The notes beneath the pieces are model-generated. The model saw only the letters and a list, made by a program, of their open reading frames with translations. It made no database searches and was not told where the DNA came from. A program made the translations under genes and the position numbers. A DNA stretch of 64,000 nt from the NCBI GenBank assembly GCA_016186395.1, contig JACPLU010000002.1:11470-75469 (forward strand), read 5' to 3'. Below are positions 56,211-64,000 of this stretch, piece after piece. This DNA is from Parcubacteria group bacterium (GTDB taxonomy: Bacteria > Patescibacteriota > Minisyncoccia > 2-02-FULL-40-12). Each line of letters begins with the position of its first letter. Position 1 is the first letter of the stretch.

Positions 56211-56260
56211 TGTTTCTCTTATTGTCAAAACACACCCGTTATGGGCATGTTTTGACTCGT

Positions 56261-56296
56261 ATAAAAATAAGCGGTCATATGACCGCTTATTTTTAT
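56261..56296. terminator. Perfect 36-bp palindrome at a gene end
   Basis: ataaaaataagcggtcatatgaccgcttatttttat. Confidence 0.55.
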
Positions 56297-57744
56297 ATTC
56301 CCAAACTATTAAAATCTCCGATTTGGTCTATTAAAGAAAACATACTTTCTCTAGAGTTGGTTATTACAAAGTATTTCCCTCTATTTTTTGCTTTAATTAT
56401 AGCGTAATCAATTGTTTTATCCGGATAGGGGAAATTAATATAACGAACAACTGAATCCCCATAGAACGTCTCGAGAAATTGACCAGTTGCCGCATTATTT
56501 TTGTTATTAGTTAAAAATTCATTGATATCGGACACCAAAGTAGATTCCCAGATATTTAAAGCACTCCTTAATGCTACTTCATCTTTAACCTGGACTATTA
56601 AACCAATTTTTGACAACGGAGTGCTTGAATCTTTTTGAACTCCTTTGTCAAAATATTCTTTTTGGCCATACACCAAAACACTCCAGTCGTTTGTGTCAAT
56701 ATTATTTAGCAAATCGGAAGGGTGAATAATGTTAAAAAAACTTAAGAATTCCTCAAAAGTAAGGTTAGTTATTTGTTCAGGTTGATCTTCTCTAGTTGCT
56801 TTTGCGGTTAACCGAACAGATATAAATTGATTAAAGTCAAGATTTGAAGCCGTCAACTGCAATAAGGACCCCTCTTTAGTTATGGCTCGTTCTTTAAAAA
56901 AGTTATCGTCCACAGTCTCAACATCTGGAAATAGTTGACCCAAAAGAGGCAAAGGAGCCGGTGTTTCAGTAAGTATAGTCTCGGTAGGTGTAGGCGTAAA
57001 AGCTATTTCCGGTTCACGCATCAAATAAAGATAGGCCCCTCCGCCGATAATCAAAACTCCGATAACTATAAAAATAAGCTTTTTGCTTAAACCGGGTTTA
57101 GGGGTTGGAATTCCAATTGGGGGAGTAGTTTTTGGCAAAGAAGGTGCTAGGATTTTCGGCTGAAGTTGGGGTTGTTGTGGTTTAATTGGCTCGGGCACAA
57201 CTAATCCTTTGGTTTTCTCTGTTCCACCCATAGAGGCTTGAAAAGAAGGAGGACTAAACTTTGGAACTTCAACTTTGGGTTGCGATGGAGGCGGTAATTG
57301 CGATTTTTCTGGTTTTAGTTCTACCGGAGAACCAATTGGAGTCTTTCCTTTTTCTAAAGCCGAGAGATCATCCCTCATAGTTCTTACTTCACCTTTAATA
57401 ACCGTCTGATTCGAGGACAGGGGAGTGTTTGATAAGGGTGAAGTTGCCAATCCTCCTGTTCGTGGAGGAAAAGAAGATGGAGAACTTTGAGAAGGAGTCT
57501 GCATTGTAACAGGAGGCCTTTGAATAAAAGTCTGAACTTGGTTTGACGATGGTAAACTTGGCGTAGTTGACCCTATTCTTGGACTCAAAGGCGAGGTCAG
57601 AGGTGCTTGAGGATTTACAATCTTTGGAGGTAAATCTTTTAATATTTCCTCCAGCCCAATAACTGCCGATGAAGGTTTACTAGTAGAGTCGTTTGGCCTG
57701 GGTGGGGAAGTTTGAGTTGGTAAGTTTGTGTTTTCATCAGCCAT
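56293..57744 (-). CDS. Pro/Ser/Thr-rich single-pass membrane protein
   Basis: Disordered N-terminus, VRTMRDDL motif, TM, C-terminal F...Y....RY.NF...IDYA. Confidence 0.7.
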   Translation of the reverse strand: MADENTNLPTQTSPPRPNDSTSKPSSAVIGLEEILKDLPPKIVNPQAPLTSPLSPRIGSTTPSLPSSNQVQTFIQRPPVTMQTPSQSSPSSFPPRTGGLATSPLSNTPLSSNQTVIKGEVRTMRDDLSALEKGKTPIGSPVELKPEKSQLPPPSQPKVEVPKFSPPSFQASMGGTEKTKGLVVPEPIKPQQPQLQPKILAPSLPKTTPPIGIPTPKPGLSKKLIFIVIGVLIIGGGAYLYLMREPEIAFTPTPTETILTETPAPLPLLGQLFPDVETVDDNFFKERAITKEGSLLQLTASNLDFNQFISVRLTAKATREDQPEQITNLTFEEFLSFFNIIHPSDLLNNIDTNDWSVLVYGQKEYFDKGVQKDSSTPLSKIGLIVQVKDEVALRSALNIWESTLVSDINEFLTNNKNNAATGQFLETFYGDSVVRYINFPYPDKTIDYAIIKAKNRGKYFVITNSRESMFSLIDQIGDFNSLGI

Positions 57745-57885
57745 AATTAAATAGTCCAAACAGTAAAAATCAACTTGAGATTAGTTTACTTATTAATACT
57801 AAAATTTAGTATCTATTTACTGTTAGATTTAAATTTAAATACTATTAAACTAATTGTAGAACAAGCAGTGATTTTTACTATCCAC

Positions 57886-57987
57886 ACCCCCACCTAATTT
57901 TCGGTTTCGTTTATAAACATTTATGTTTAGAGGCCGTCTCTTTCAAAAAGACGATAACCAGTTCTTGACACAAAAATTAGATGGGGG
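57886..57987. repeat. ~100-bp ccccacctaa family element, inverted partner of 60118-60220
   Basis: Reverse complement aligns along its length with 60118-60220. Confidence 0.75.
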
Positions 57988-60081
57988 CTAAAATTTCATT
58001 GTTAAATTAATTCTTCCCAGTTCATCTATATTTTTAACCTTAACCTTAACTACATCGCCTAATTTGAGAGCATCTGAAACCCTTTCCACTCTTTTGGTAC
58101 TTATTTCCGATATGTGAACTAAACCCTCATGTCCTGGCATGATCTCAATAAAAGCTCCGAAGTCAAGAATTCTTTTTACTTTTCCCTCGAAAACTTCCCC
58201 TGGTTTAATCTCTCGAGTCAAACTCTTAATCCAAGCTATTGCTTTATCTGCCGCCTGACTTGTTTCAGCAGTTATAAAAATATTCCCATCATCCTCAATA
58301 TCTATATCCGCTCCGGTTTCACTTATAATTTCGTTTATAACCTTACCTTGTGGTCCTATAACTTTTCCGATCTTTTCCGGATTAATCTGCAACATATAAA
58401 TATGGGGTGCAAAAGGAGATAAGTCCTGTCTTGGATCTTTAATTACCTTCGCCATTGCCTCCAAAATTTCCTTTCTTGCCTTTTTTGATTGTTCAAATGC
58501 AGATTCCAAAATTTCTATAGTAACACCCTGAATTTTAACATCCATCTGAATTGCAGTTACACCATTTTCTGTTCCGGCTATCTTTAAATCCATGTCCCCG
58601 TGGTGATCCTCGGGACCTTGAATATCGGTAATAATCTTAAACTTCTTACCGTCATCTGAAAGCATCAAACCAGTCGAAATACCAGCCACTGGAGCAGATA
58701 TTGGCACTCCTCCATCCATTAAAGCCAGCGTAGAACCGCAAACCGAAGCCATTGAAGTTGAACCGTTAGACGACAAACTTTCAGAAACAATTCTCATTGT
58801 ATAAGGGAACTTGTCTTTGTCGGGAATCACTGCCATTAAGGCCCTTTCTGCCAAAGCCCCGTGTCCTATCTCACGCCTCCCCGTAAAACCCATTCTTCCC
58901 ACTTCTCCAGAAGAATAAGGGGGGAAATTATAGTGGTGCATGTAATGTTTTTTAATCTCCATCTCTGGAGTTTCAATCCATTGTTCAGCACTTGGAGCAG
59001 CTAGAGTAAGAATTGATAAAATCTGGGTTTGTCCCCTTGAAAAAAGACCCGTACCATGAGTTCTTGGTAAAATTCCGACGTCAATACTCAAAGGCCGTAT
59101 TTCATCAAGTTTTCTACCGTCAGGTCTTTTATTATTTTCCAATACTCCTTCGTGAACAACCCGGTCAATTTCCGATTCAAAGATTTCATCAGAATATTGC
59201 AACATCTTGCCAAGACCGGGATTATCCTTATGGTGTTCTTTGAGCCAGTCCTGCATTTCAGATTTTAGTTGATTTAACTCCTCATACATTGCCTGTTTAC
59301 TGCCCAAATAAATTGCTTTTTCTAAACGACTCCCCAAAAAGTTTCTTATTTCCGAAACCAAATCTTCTTGAGGTTCAAAAAAATCTATTTTTTGCTTTAC
59401 AGGTTTAAATTCCGCAATAATTTCTTTCTGAAATTCAATCATCTTCTGATACTGTTTTAATCCAAATTCAATGCCCCCAAGCACGACTTTATCATCCACA
59501 ATTTGTGCGCCAGCTTCGAGCATATTAATTCTCTCTTTTGGGCCGGAAACTACAACATCAAAATCGCTTTTACCAAGATCCGAAGAAATTGGATTTAAAA
59601 CATAATTCCCGTCTATCCTGCCGACCCGTGCGGCCGAAACAACACCATCAAAAGGAATATCAGATATCCCTAATGCCAGAGAAGCCCCAATAACCGAGGG
59701 AATGTCAGGATCGTTTAAACCATCATACGATAAAACCGTTGCTACGATTTGAATCTCATTTCGTATCCGACTATCAAAAAGCGGTCTTAATGTCCTATCT
59801 ATTAAACGGGCTGAAAGAATCGCCCCGTCTGAAGGTCGAGTTTCTCGTTTAACCCAACGGCTTCCCTTAATTTTACCGGCAGCATAAAAACGCTCTTCGT
59901 AATCGATAACTAAGGGCATATAATTTGCGTCTTTAGGCTTTTTATTCATTGTGGCCGTGACCAATACTGAAGTATCGGCATAGCGCACAAAAACGGCTCC
60001 ATTTGCCTGCCCAGCTAAACGGCCGATTTCTACGGAAAATTTACGACCGCCGTAGTCGGTCTCAAAGGTTTTTACAGACAC
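57988..60081 (-). CDS. pnp: Polyribonucleotide nucleotidyltransferase
   Basis: RLIDR.LRPLF; RPDGR; RREIGHGALAERA; SNGSTSMASVCG; KH and S1 domains. Confidence 0.97.
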   Translation of the reverse strand: MSVKTFETDYGGRKFSVEIGRLAGQANGAVFVRYADTSVLVTATMNKKPKDANYMPLVIDYEERFYAAGKIKGSRWVKRETRPSDGAILSARLIDRTLRPLFDSRIRNEIQIVATVLSYDGLNDPDIPSVIGASLALGISDIPFDGVVSAARVGRIDGNYVLNPISSDLGKSDFDVVVSGPKERINMLEAGAQIVDDKVVLGGIEFGLKQYQKMIEFQKEIIAEFKPVKQKIDFFEPQEDLVSEIRNFLGSRLEKAIYLGSKQAMYEELNQLKSEMQDWLKEHHKDNPGLGKMLQYSDEIFESEIDRVVHEGVLENNKRPDGRKLDEIRPLSIDVGILPRTHGTGLFSRGQTQILSILTLAAPSAEQWIETPEMEIKKHYMHHYNFPPYSSGEVGRMGFTGRREIGHGALAERALMAVIPDKDKFPYTMRIVSESLSSNGSTSMASVCGSTLALMDGGVPISAPVAGISTGLMLSDDGKKFKIITDIQGPEDHHGDMDLKIAGTENGVTAIQMDVKIQGVTIEILESAFEQSKKARKEILEAMAKVIKDPRQDLSPFAPHIYMLQINPEKIGKVIGPQGKVINEIISETGADIDIEDDGNIFITAETSQAADKAIAWIKSLTREIKPGEVFEGKVKRILDFGAFIEIMPGHEGLVHISEISTKRVERVSDALKLGDVVKVKVKNIDELGRINLTMKF

Positions 60082-60117
60082 CTTTTTAAAGAAGGGTAGA
60101 GAAATTATGAATCAGCA

Positions 60118-60220
60118 ACCCCCCACCTAATTTCTATATCAAAGACTTGCGACCATCTTTTTGATAAAGACAGCGCCCAGACACAAATATCTATAAATGA
60201 AATTGAAAATTAGATGGGGG
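60118..60220. repeat. ~100-bp ccccacctaa family element
   Basis: Terminal IR ccccacctaattt/aaattagatgggg. Confidence 0.75.
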
Positions 60221-60326
60221 AAAGACTCGGTACCAACACATAATCCGATATGAACTAAAGCTATAAATTCGTATACACTATTTGCAGGTGTATGTTTTGA
60301 TATCGAGCCTCTCCTTTTTAAAAAAT

Positions 60327-60854
60327 CTAATTCTTAAGTCTTCTACTCTCCTTGGTTAATAAGAATTTTTTAGGATCATCCTCTAAGTCAAAGAATCTCT
60401 CTGCGGCAGTTATTAACTTTGAAGAAGCACTTCTGCCAAAAGCGACTACCTCAACTGTCACTCCATGGTTTTTTAGATATTCAACCAATGGTATGGCATC
60501 ACCATCTCCACCAACTAAAACAATTACATCAACTTTGTCAATAAGACTGATTGCATCCACCGCCATACCCACATCCCAGTCTCCTTTTTTCATACCTCCA
60601 GCGAAAACCTGAAGATCTTTCATTTTTAAATAAAACCCTGCTCGCTCGAGTGCTTGAAAAAAAGATGCTTCTTCGGGCACATCACTTTTTATAACATAAA
60701 CAATAGCTTTTAAAAGATTCCTTCCATCAACTGCGGCCTTCAAAATCTCCCTAAAATTAACCTTCGCATGATAAAGATTCTTTGCTGAATGATACATATT
60801 TTGGGCATCAACCAGAACTGCCACTTTTTGAATATTTGTTGACTTTGGAGACAT
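60327..60854 (-). CDS. NYN domain (LabA/DUF88) protein
   Basis: VDAQNMY; KGDWDVGMAVDA; GDGD..PL. Confidence 0.88.
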   Translation of the reverse strand: MSPKSTNIQKVAVLVDAQNMYHSAKNLYHAKVNFREILKAAVDGRNLLKAIVYVIKSDVPEEASFFQALERAGFYLKMKDLQVFAGGMKKGDWDVGMAVDAISLIDKVDVIVLVGGDGDAIPLVEYLKNHGVTVEVVAFGRSASSKLITAAERFFDLEDDPKKFLLTKESRRLKN

Positions 60855-61123
60855 TATTTCTTAAGTTCGAGTTTCTTAATTAAACTAGCATACCTTTTAT
60901 GATCCTCCTTTTTAAGAAAGTCCAATAATCTTTTTCTTTTTGAGACCATTTTTAAAATCCCTCTTCGAGAAGAATTGTCTTTTTTGTGTTTTTCCAGATG
61001 TTTAGCTAATCGCTTAATTTCTTCGCTAAATAAAGCAACCTGGACCTCGGCTGATCCTGTATCTTTTTCATGCACTGCGTGCTTTTTTATAAGTTTTGTT
61101 TTTTCAGTACCAGTTAAAGCCAT
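60854..61123 (-). CDS. rpsO: 30S ribosomal protein S15
   Basis: DTGSAEVQVAL...HL..HKKD.SSRRG.LKMV.KR.RLL.FL. Confidence 0.97.
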   Translation of the reverse strand: MALTGTEKTKLIKKHAVHEKDTGSAEVQVALFSEEIKRLAKHLEKHKKDNSSRRGILKMVSKRKRLLDFLKKEDHKRYASLIKKLELKK

Positions 61124-61176
61124 GCTAGTTAGAAAGCATATCATAACCTCACCTTTTTGGCAAATTAACTAAAAAA

Positions 61177-61504
61177 AGCTTGGTGAATAATACTCTTTCT
61201 CTTTCCTCGCAAACCCCAGGACTTCGGCTGAGCTCAGTCGAATGCCCGTGGTTTACTTAGGGGTTGAGCCCTTGCGCCACCGCTGAAGCTAAGGCGGCAC
61301 GCGGTCGCTCTTATCCCGCACCAATCAAGCACTGCAACGCAATACTGTTTTGGGTTTGAGTATGCCCTCCAGATACTGACTATCCTTTATATAAAAGAGT
61401 TACACTACTACAGCGTTATCCCAGAAAACTAGTGCTTGATTTGGTGACGGGGCCATGCCCGCTACGGGCTCAAAACCCGTTCAAGAGCATTGTCCACCAA
61501 GCTC
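61177..61504. repeat. Largest family A copy, with multiple nested inserts
   Basis: Near-identical to 43105-43328 but with a ~140-bp cccgcaccaatcaagcact...agtgcttgatttggtgacggg insert. Confidence 0.85.
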
Positions 61505-61558
61505 ATATGATGCCCCATACTAAAATTTAATGTATACTGAAATTGTACGACCCCATCT

Positions 61559-62470
61559 ATGAACATCGCTGACTTGAAAAATCAATTCCTTGAATACATG
61601 GAAATTGAGAAGAACCGTTCTCAAAAAACGATTATTAATTATGATCATTATATTTCGCGCTTAATTACACTTGAAAACCTAAAATCTCTAGACGGTTTAT
61701 CTGAAGAGATAATTAGAAAATTTAGAATTAAATTGGCAAGACTAACTGATGAAAAAACAAACCAGCCACTTAAAAAGGTAACCCAGAACTATCATGTTAT
61801 TGCGGTCCGGGCTTTTTTGAAATATCTGGCTAAACGAGGAATACGAACTGTTCCGGCTGAAAAAATAGAGCTCGGCAAACAAGAAGAGAGGCAAATTTTA
61901 ATTCCTGAAAAAAAAGAGTTAGAACAACTGCTTGCTGCCCCTGATATAAACTCGCTTAAAGGACTTCGCGATAAAGCAATCCTTGAAACGCTTTTCAGCA
62001 CCGGTCTTAGAGTTTCTGAACTTTGTAACTTAAGCCGAGATGACATTGACTTTGGAAAGGGAGAATTCTCTGTAATGGGGAAGGGGAGAAAAATAAGATT
62101 AGTCTTTTTGTCCGATCAAGCTAAAAATACCCTAAAAAATTACTTCTCAAAAAGATCAGACGCTGACTTGGCTGCATTTATACGCATACCTAAAGACGGC
62201 CGATTTGATAAATATGAAAATTTAAGGTTGACCCCAAGAAGCATCCAAAGAATTATTCAAAAAAATGCCGTAAAGGCGGGAATATCTAAAACCAAAATTA
62301 CGCCTCACAGCTTAAGACACCTTTTCGCTACCGACCTTTTACGCAACGGCGCTGATATTCGTTCGGTACAATCGCTTTTGGGTCACGCCAGCGTTACCAC
62401 GACTCAAATTTATACCCATGTAACCGACGAACGTTTACGCGAAGTCCACAAAAAATATCATTCACACTAA
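61559..62470 (+). CDS. XerC/XerD-like tyrosine recombinase
   Basis: RD.AILE.LFSTGLRVSEL; GKG.K.R; TPHSLRH.FAT; LGH...TTQIYTHV. Confidence 0.92.
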   Translation: MNIADLKNQFLEYMEIEKNRSQKTIINYDHYISRLITLENLKSLDGLSEEIIRKFRIKLARLTDEKTNQPLKKVTQNYHVIAVRAFLKYLAKRGIRTVPAEKIELGKQEERQILIPEKKELEQLLAAPDINSLKGLRDKAILETLFSTGLRVSELCNLSRDDIDFGKGEFSVMGKGRKIRLVFLSDQAKNTLKNYFSKRSDADLAAFIRIPKDGRFDKYENLRLTPRSIQRIIQKNAVKAGISKTKITPHSLRHLFATDLLRNGADIRSVQSLLGHASVTTTQIYTHVTDERLREVHKKYHSH

Positions 62471-62472
62471 AC

Positions 62473-62619
62473 ATGCCCCGTAGTAGAATTTCCAATAGTT
62501 TTAGTATGTCGCTTTAATTACCTACTGGGTTTAAAATAAAAATAAGTATCAACAAATAATTTCCAATCTATACCTTTTTAAAACCTAAGACATTGTTGGA
62601 AATTTCACTACGGGGCATG
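62473..62619. repeat. Inverted-repeat element
   Basis: catgccccgtagtagaatttccaat ... gttggaaatttcactacggggcatg. Confidence 0.75.
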
Positions 62620-63387
62620 CCAAATAACTTTCAATCATACAATCAAGATAAAAATTCAAAACCAGCTCAAGATTTTGAATCTGACAACCAAAACGCGTTT
62701 AGCACAGAAACGGAAAGTAAAACAGAAATTACACAGAACGAATATTCTCAACTTCACGAACTTAATCAAACTCGGATGGGAATTACCCCGAGTCTTCGCC
62801 GAAATCTGACCAGCTATCGAAAACTACAAACCGAACTTAGCCCACCCTCTCAATCACTTTACTCAATGATGTACCTTGGAACAGTTATTGGCGATCTCGC
62901 CGACATACTTGATTTATTTGGTATAACCATTCTTATTTCTGCGGCAATTGATATCGCGGTCGGTTTGGGATTATGGAGTGCGGGCACAAAAATTAAAAAG
63001 GAAATAGAAGAATTAGCCGAATTAACTGAACAGCTTGACGTATCATTTGATTCTCTACGACTAAATCTTCAACGCCACACCCAACAACTTACCTCTATCA
63101 GTAATCCTACAAATGGGGACATGCCACTTACAACTCAACTACGGGCAACAAAAATGGGAGGAGGCATTCGACGACAAAAAACGCAGATCATCACAAAAAG
63201 TCCACTAGGACGTCTTTTGGGTGCGACGCTTATTGATATCGTTGGCTGGATAGCAGCATTGGTACCGTGGAGGACTTTCGCAGTACGCTCAACTCAAAAA
63301 CAACACCGAGAAGCCTACCAAACTACAACTTCTCTCCTTGAAGAAATTATTCATTTACACGAATCTGCACTTCGTGAGTTTAGTTGA
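62617..63387 (+). CDS. Hypothetical membrane protein
   Basis: Hydrophobic hairpin, coiled coil, LVPWRT motif; ATG overlaps the repeat end. Confidence 0.6.
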   Translation: MPNNFQSYNQDKNSKPAQDFESDNQNAFSTETESKTEITQNEYSQLHELNQTRMGITPSLRRNLTSYRKLQTELSPPSQSLYSMMYLGTVIGDLADILDLFGITILISAAIDIAVGLGLWSAGTKIKKEIEELAELTEQLDVSFDSLRLNLQRHTQQLTSISNPTNGDMPLTTQLRATKMGGGIRRQKTQIITKSPLGRLLGATLIDIVGWIAALVPWRTFAVRSTQKQHREAYQTTTSLLEEIIHLHESALREFS

Positions 63388-63466
63388 TAAAACTTGCAAA
63401 AAAGATTAAATAATGTTTTACTCATATAATTAGTATGCTGTACATTACAATTTTTAGGAGAAAAGT

Positions 63467-64000
63467 ATGAAAAAGATGAGAAAATTGGCATTTTTTCTAA
63501 TTGCATTCTCAATAACATCATATACTCCTACTCCGTCAAGGTTGATTATGGCACAAGAAAACTTGGAGTCAAAAGGAATTATTGTGAAGTTTACTTCCCA
63601 AGATTCTGTTCAGAAAATAACTAATATAAAAACGCTCGCATACGTGTCAACATACGACCCTCGGCTTGCGATAATTAAGTCCAAACAATTAGAAGAGGAC
63701 TTAAAAGATCTTCGGGCACGGCCTGACGTTGAATGGGCCGAAATCGATACACCACTTGACCCGTTGCCGTCACGCACCGGCCCGATGAAAGTCCACGAAA
63801 CGAATCAATTTGCAACAACATCTCTTTTACCCGAAAACCAAGTTCCAGGTCCCGAGTGGGACAGACAATGGGGATTTTTCAACCCAGGAACACTATTGGA
63901 TTACGTTAACAATTCCTGCAGTGAATTCGTACTGTTTGGTTGTTACGATGGACTCGCCAGACCCCGTGTAGACGCGAAAATTTGGGAACTGAAGGATTAT
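63467..64000 (+). CDS. Secreted protein, probable S8 subtilase N-terminal prodomain (truncated by window edge)
   Basis: SD aggag; signal peptide; IIVKF...L..LRARPDVEWAEID; WDRQWG. Confidence 0.55.
   Translation, partial: MKKMRKLAFFLIAFSITSYTPTPSRLIMAQENLESKGIIVKFTSQDSVQKITNIKTLAYVSTYDPRLAIIKSKQLEEDLKDLRARPDVEWAEIDTPLDPLPSRTGPMKVHETNQFATTSLLPENQVPGPEWDRQWGFFNPGTLLDYVNNSCSEFVLFGCYDGLARPRVDAKIWELKDY

Noticed and set aside
36496-61504. Dispersed repeats as a CRISPR array
   Set aside because: Copies are kilobases apart with no repeat-spacer periodicity, and no cas genes are present.
61559-62470. Tyrosine recombinase as a prophage or integron integrase
   Set aside because: Looks like a housekeeping Xer in a core-gene context; no att repeats, phage genes or attC cassettes recognised.

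Overview
Low-GC chromosomal window. The gene set, tiny intergenic palindromes and TrbC/VirB2-like pilins point to a CPR/Patescibacteria (Parcubacteria-like) genome; this is an inference. Housekeeping genes are folD (3' end), tsaD, valS, recG, holA, mutM, polA, tsaE, pnp, rpsO and a Xer-type recombinase, plus five intact tRNAs. Surface loci are a TasA/SipW operon, a large secreted protein and a pilin array. The main find is a ~10.4-kb element (17769-28202) integrated in the 3' end of tRNA-Glu. It encodes a serine recombinase whose C-terminus is swapped by integration, a gpII/X-like rolling-circle Rep and an excisionase-type HTH. It also carries a retron (msr-msd ncRNA plus RT) whose trypsin-like protease partner is split from the RT by one extra base, followed by a DUF4037/RibD_C/CYTH/nucleotidyltransferase cassette. 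Nested palindromic repeats are abundant, and some sit in-frame inside valS, polA, recG and tsaD. polA and prsW appear to lack a canonical start codon. All family assignments come from motif recognition by eye; no database search was run.
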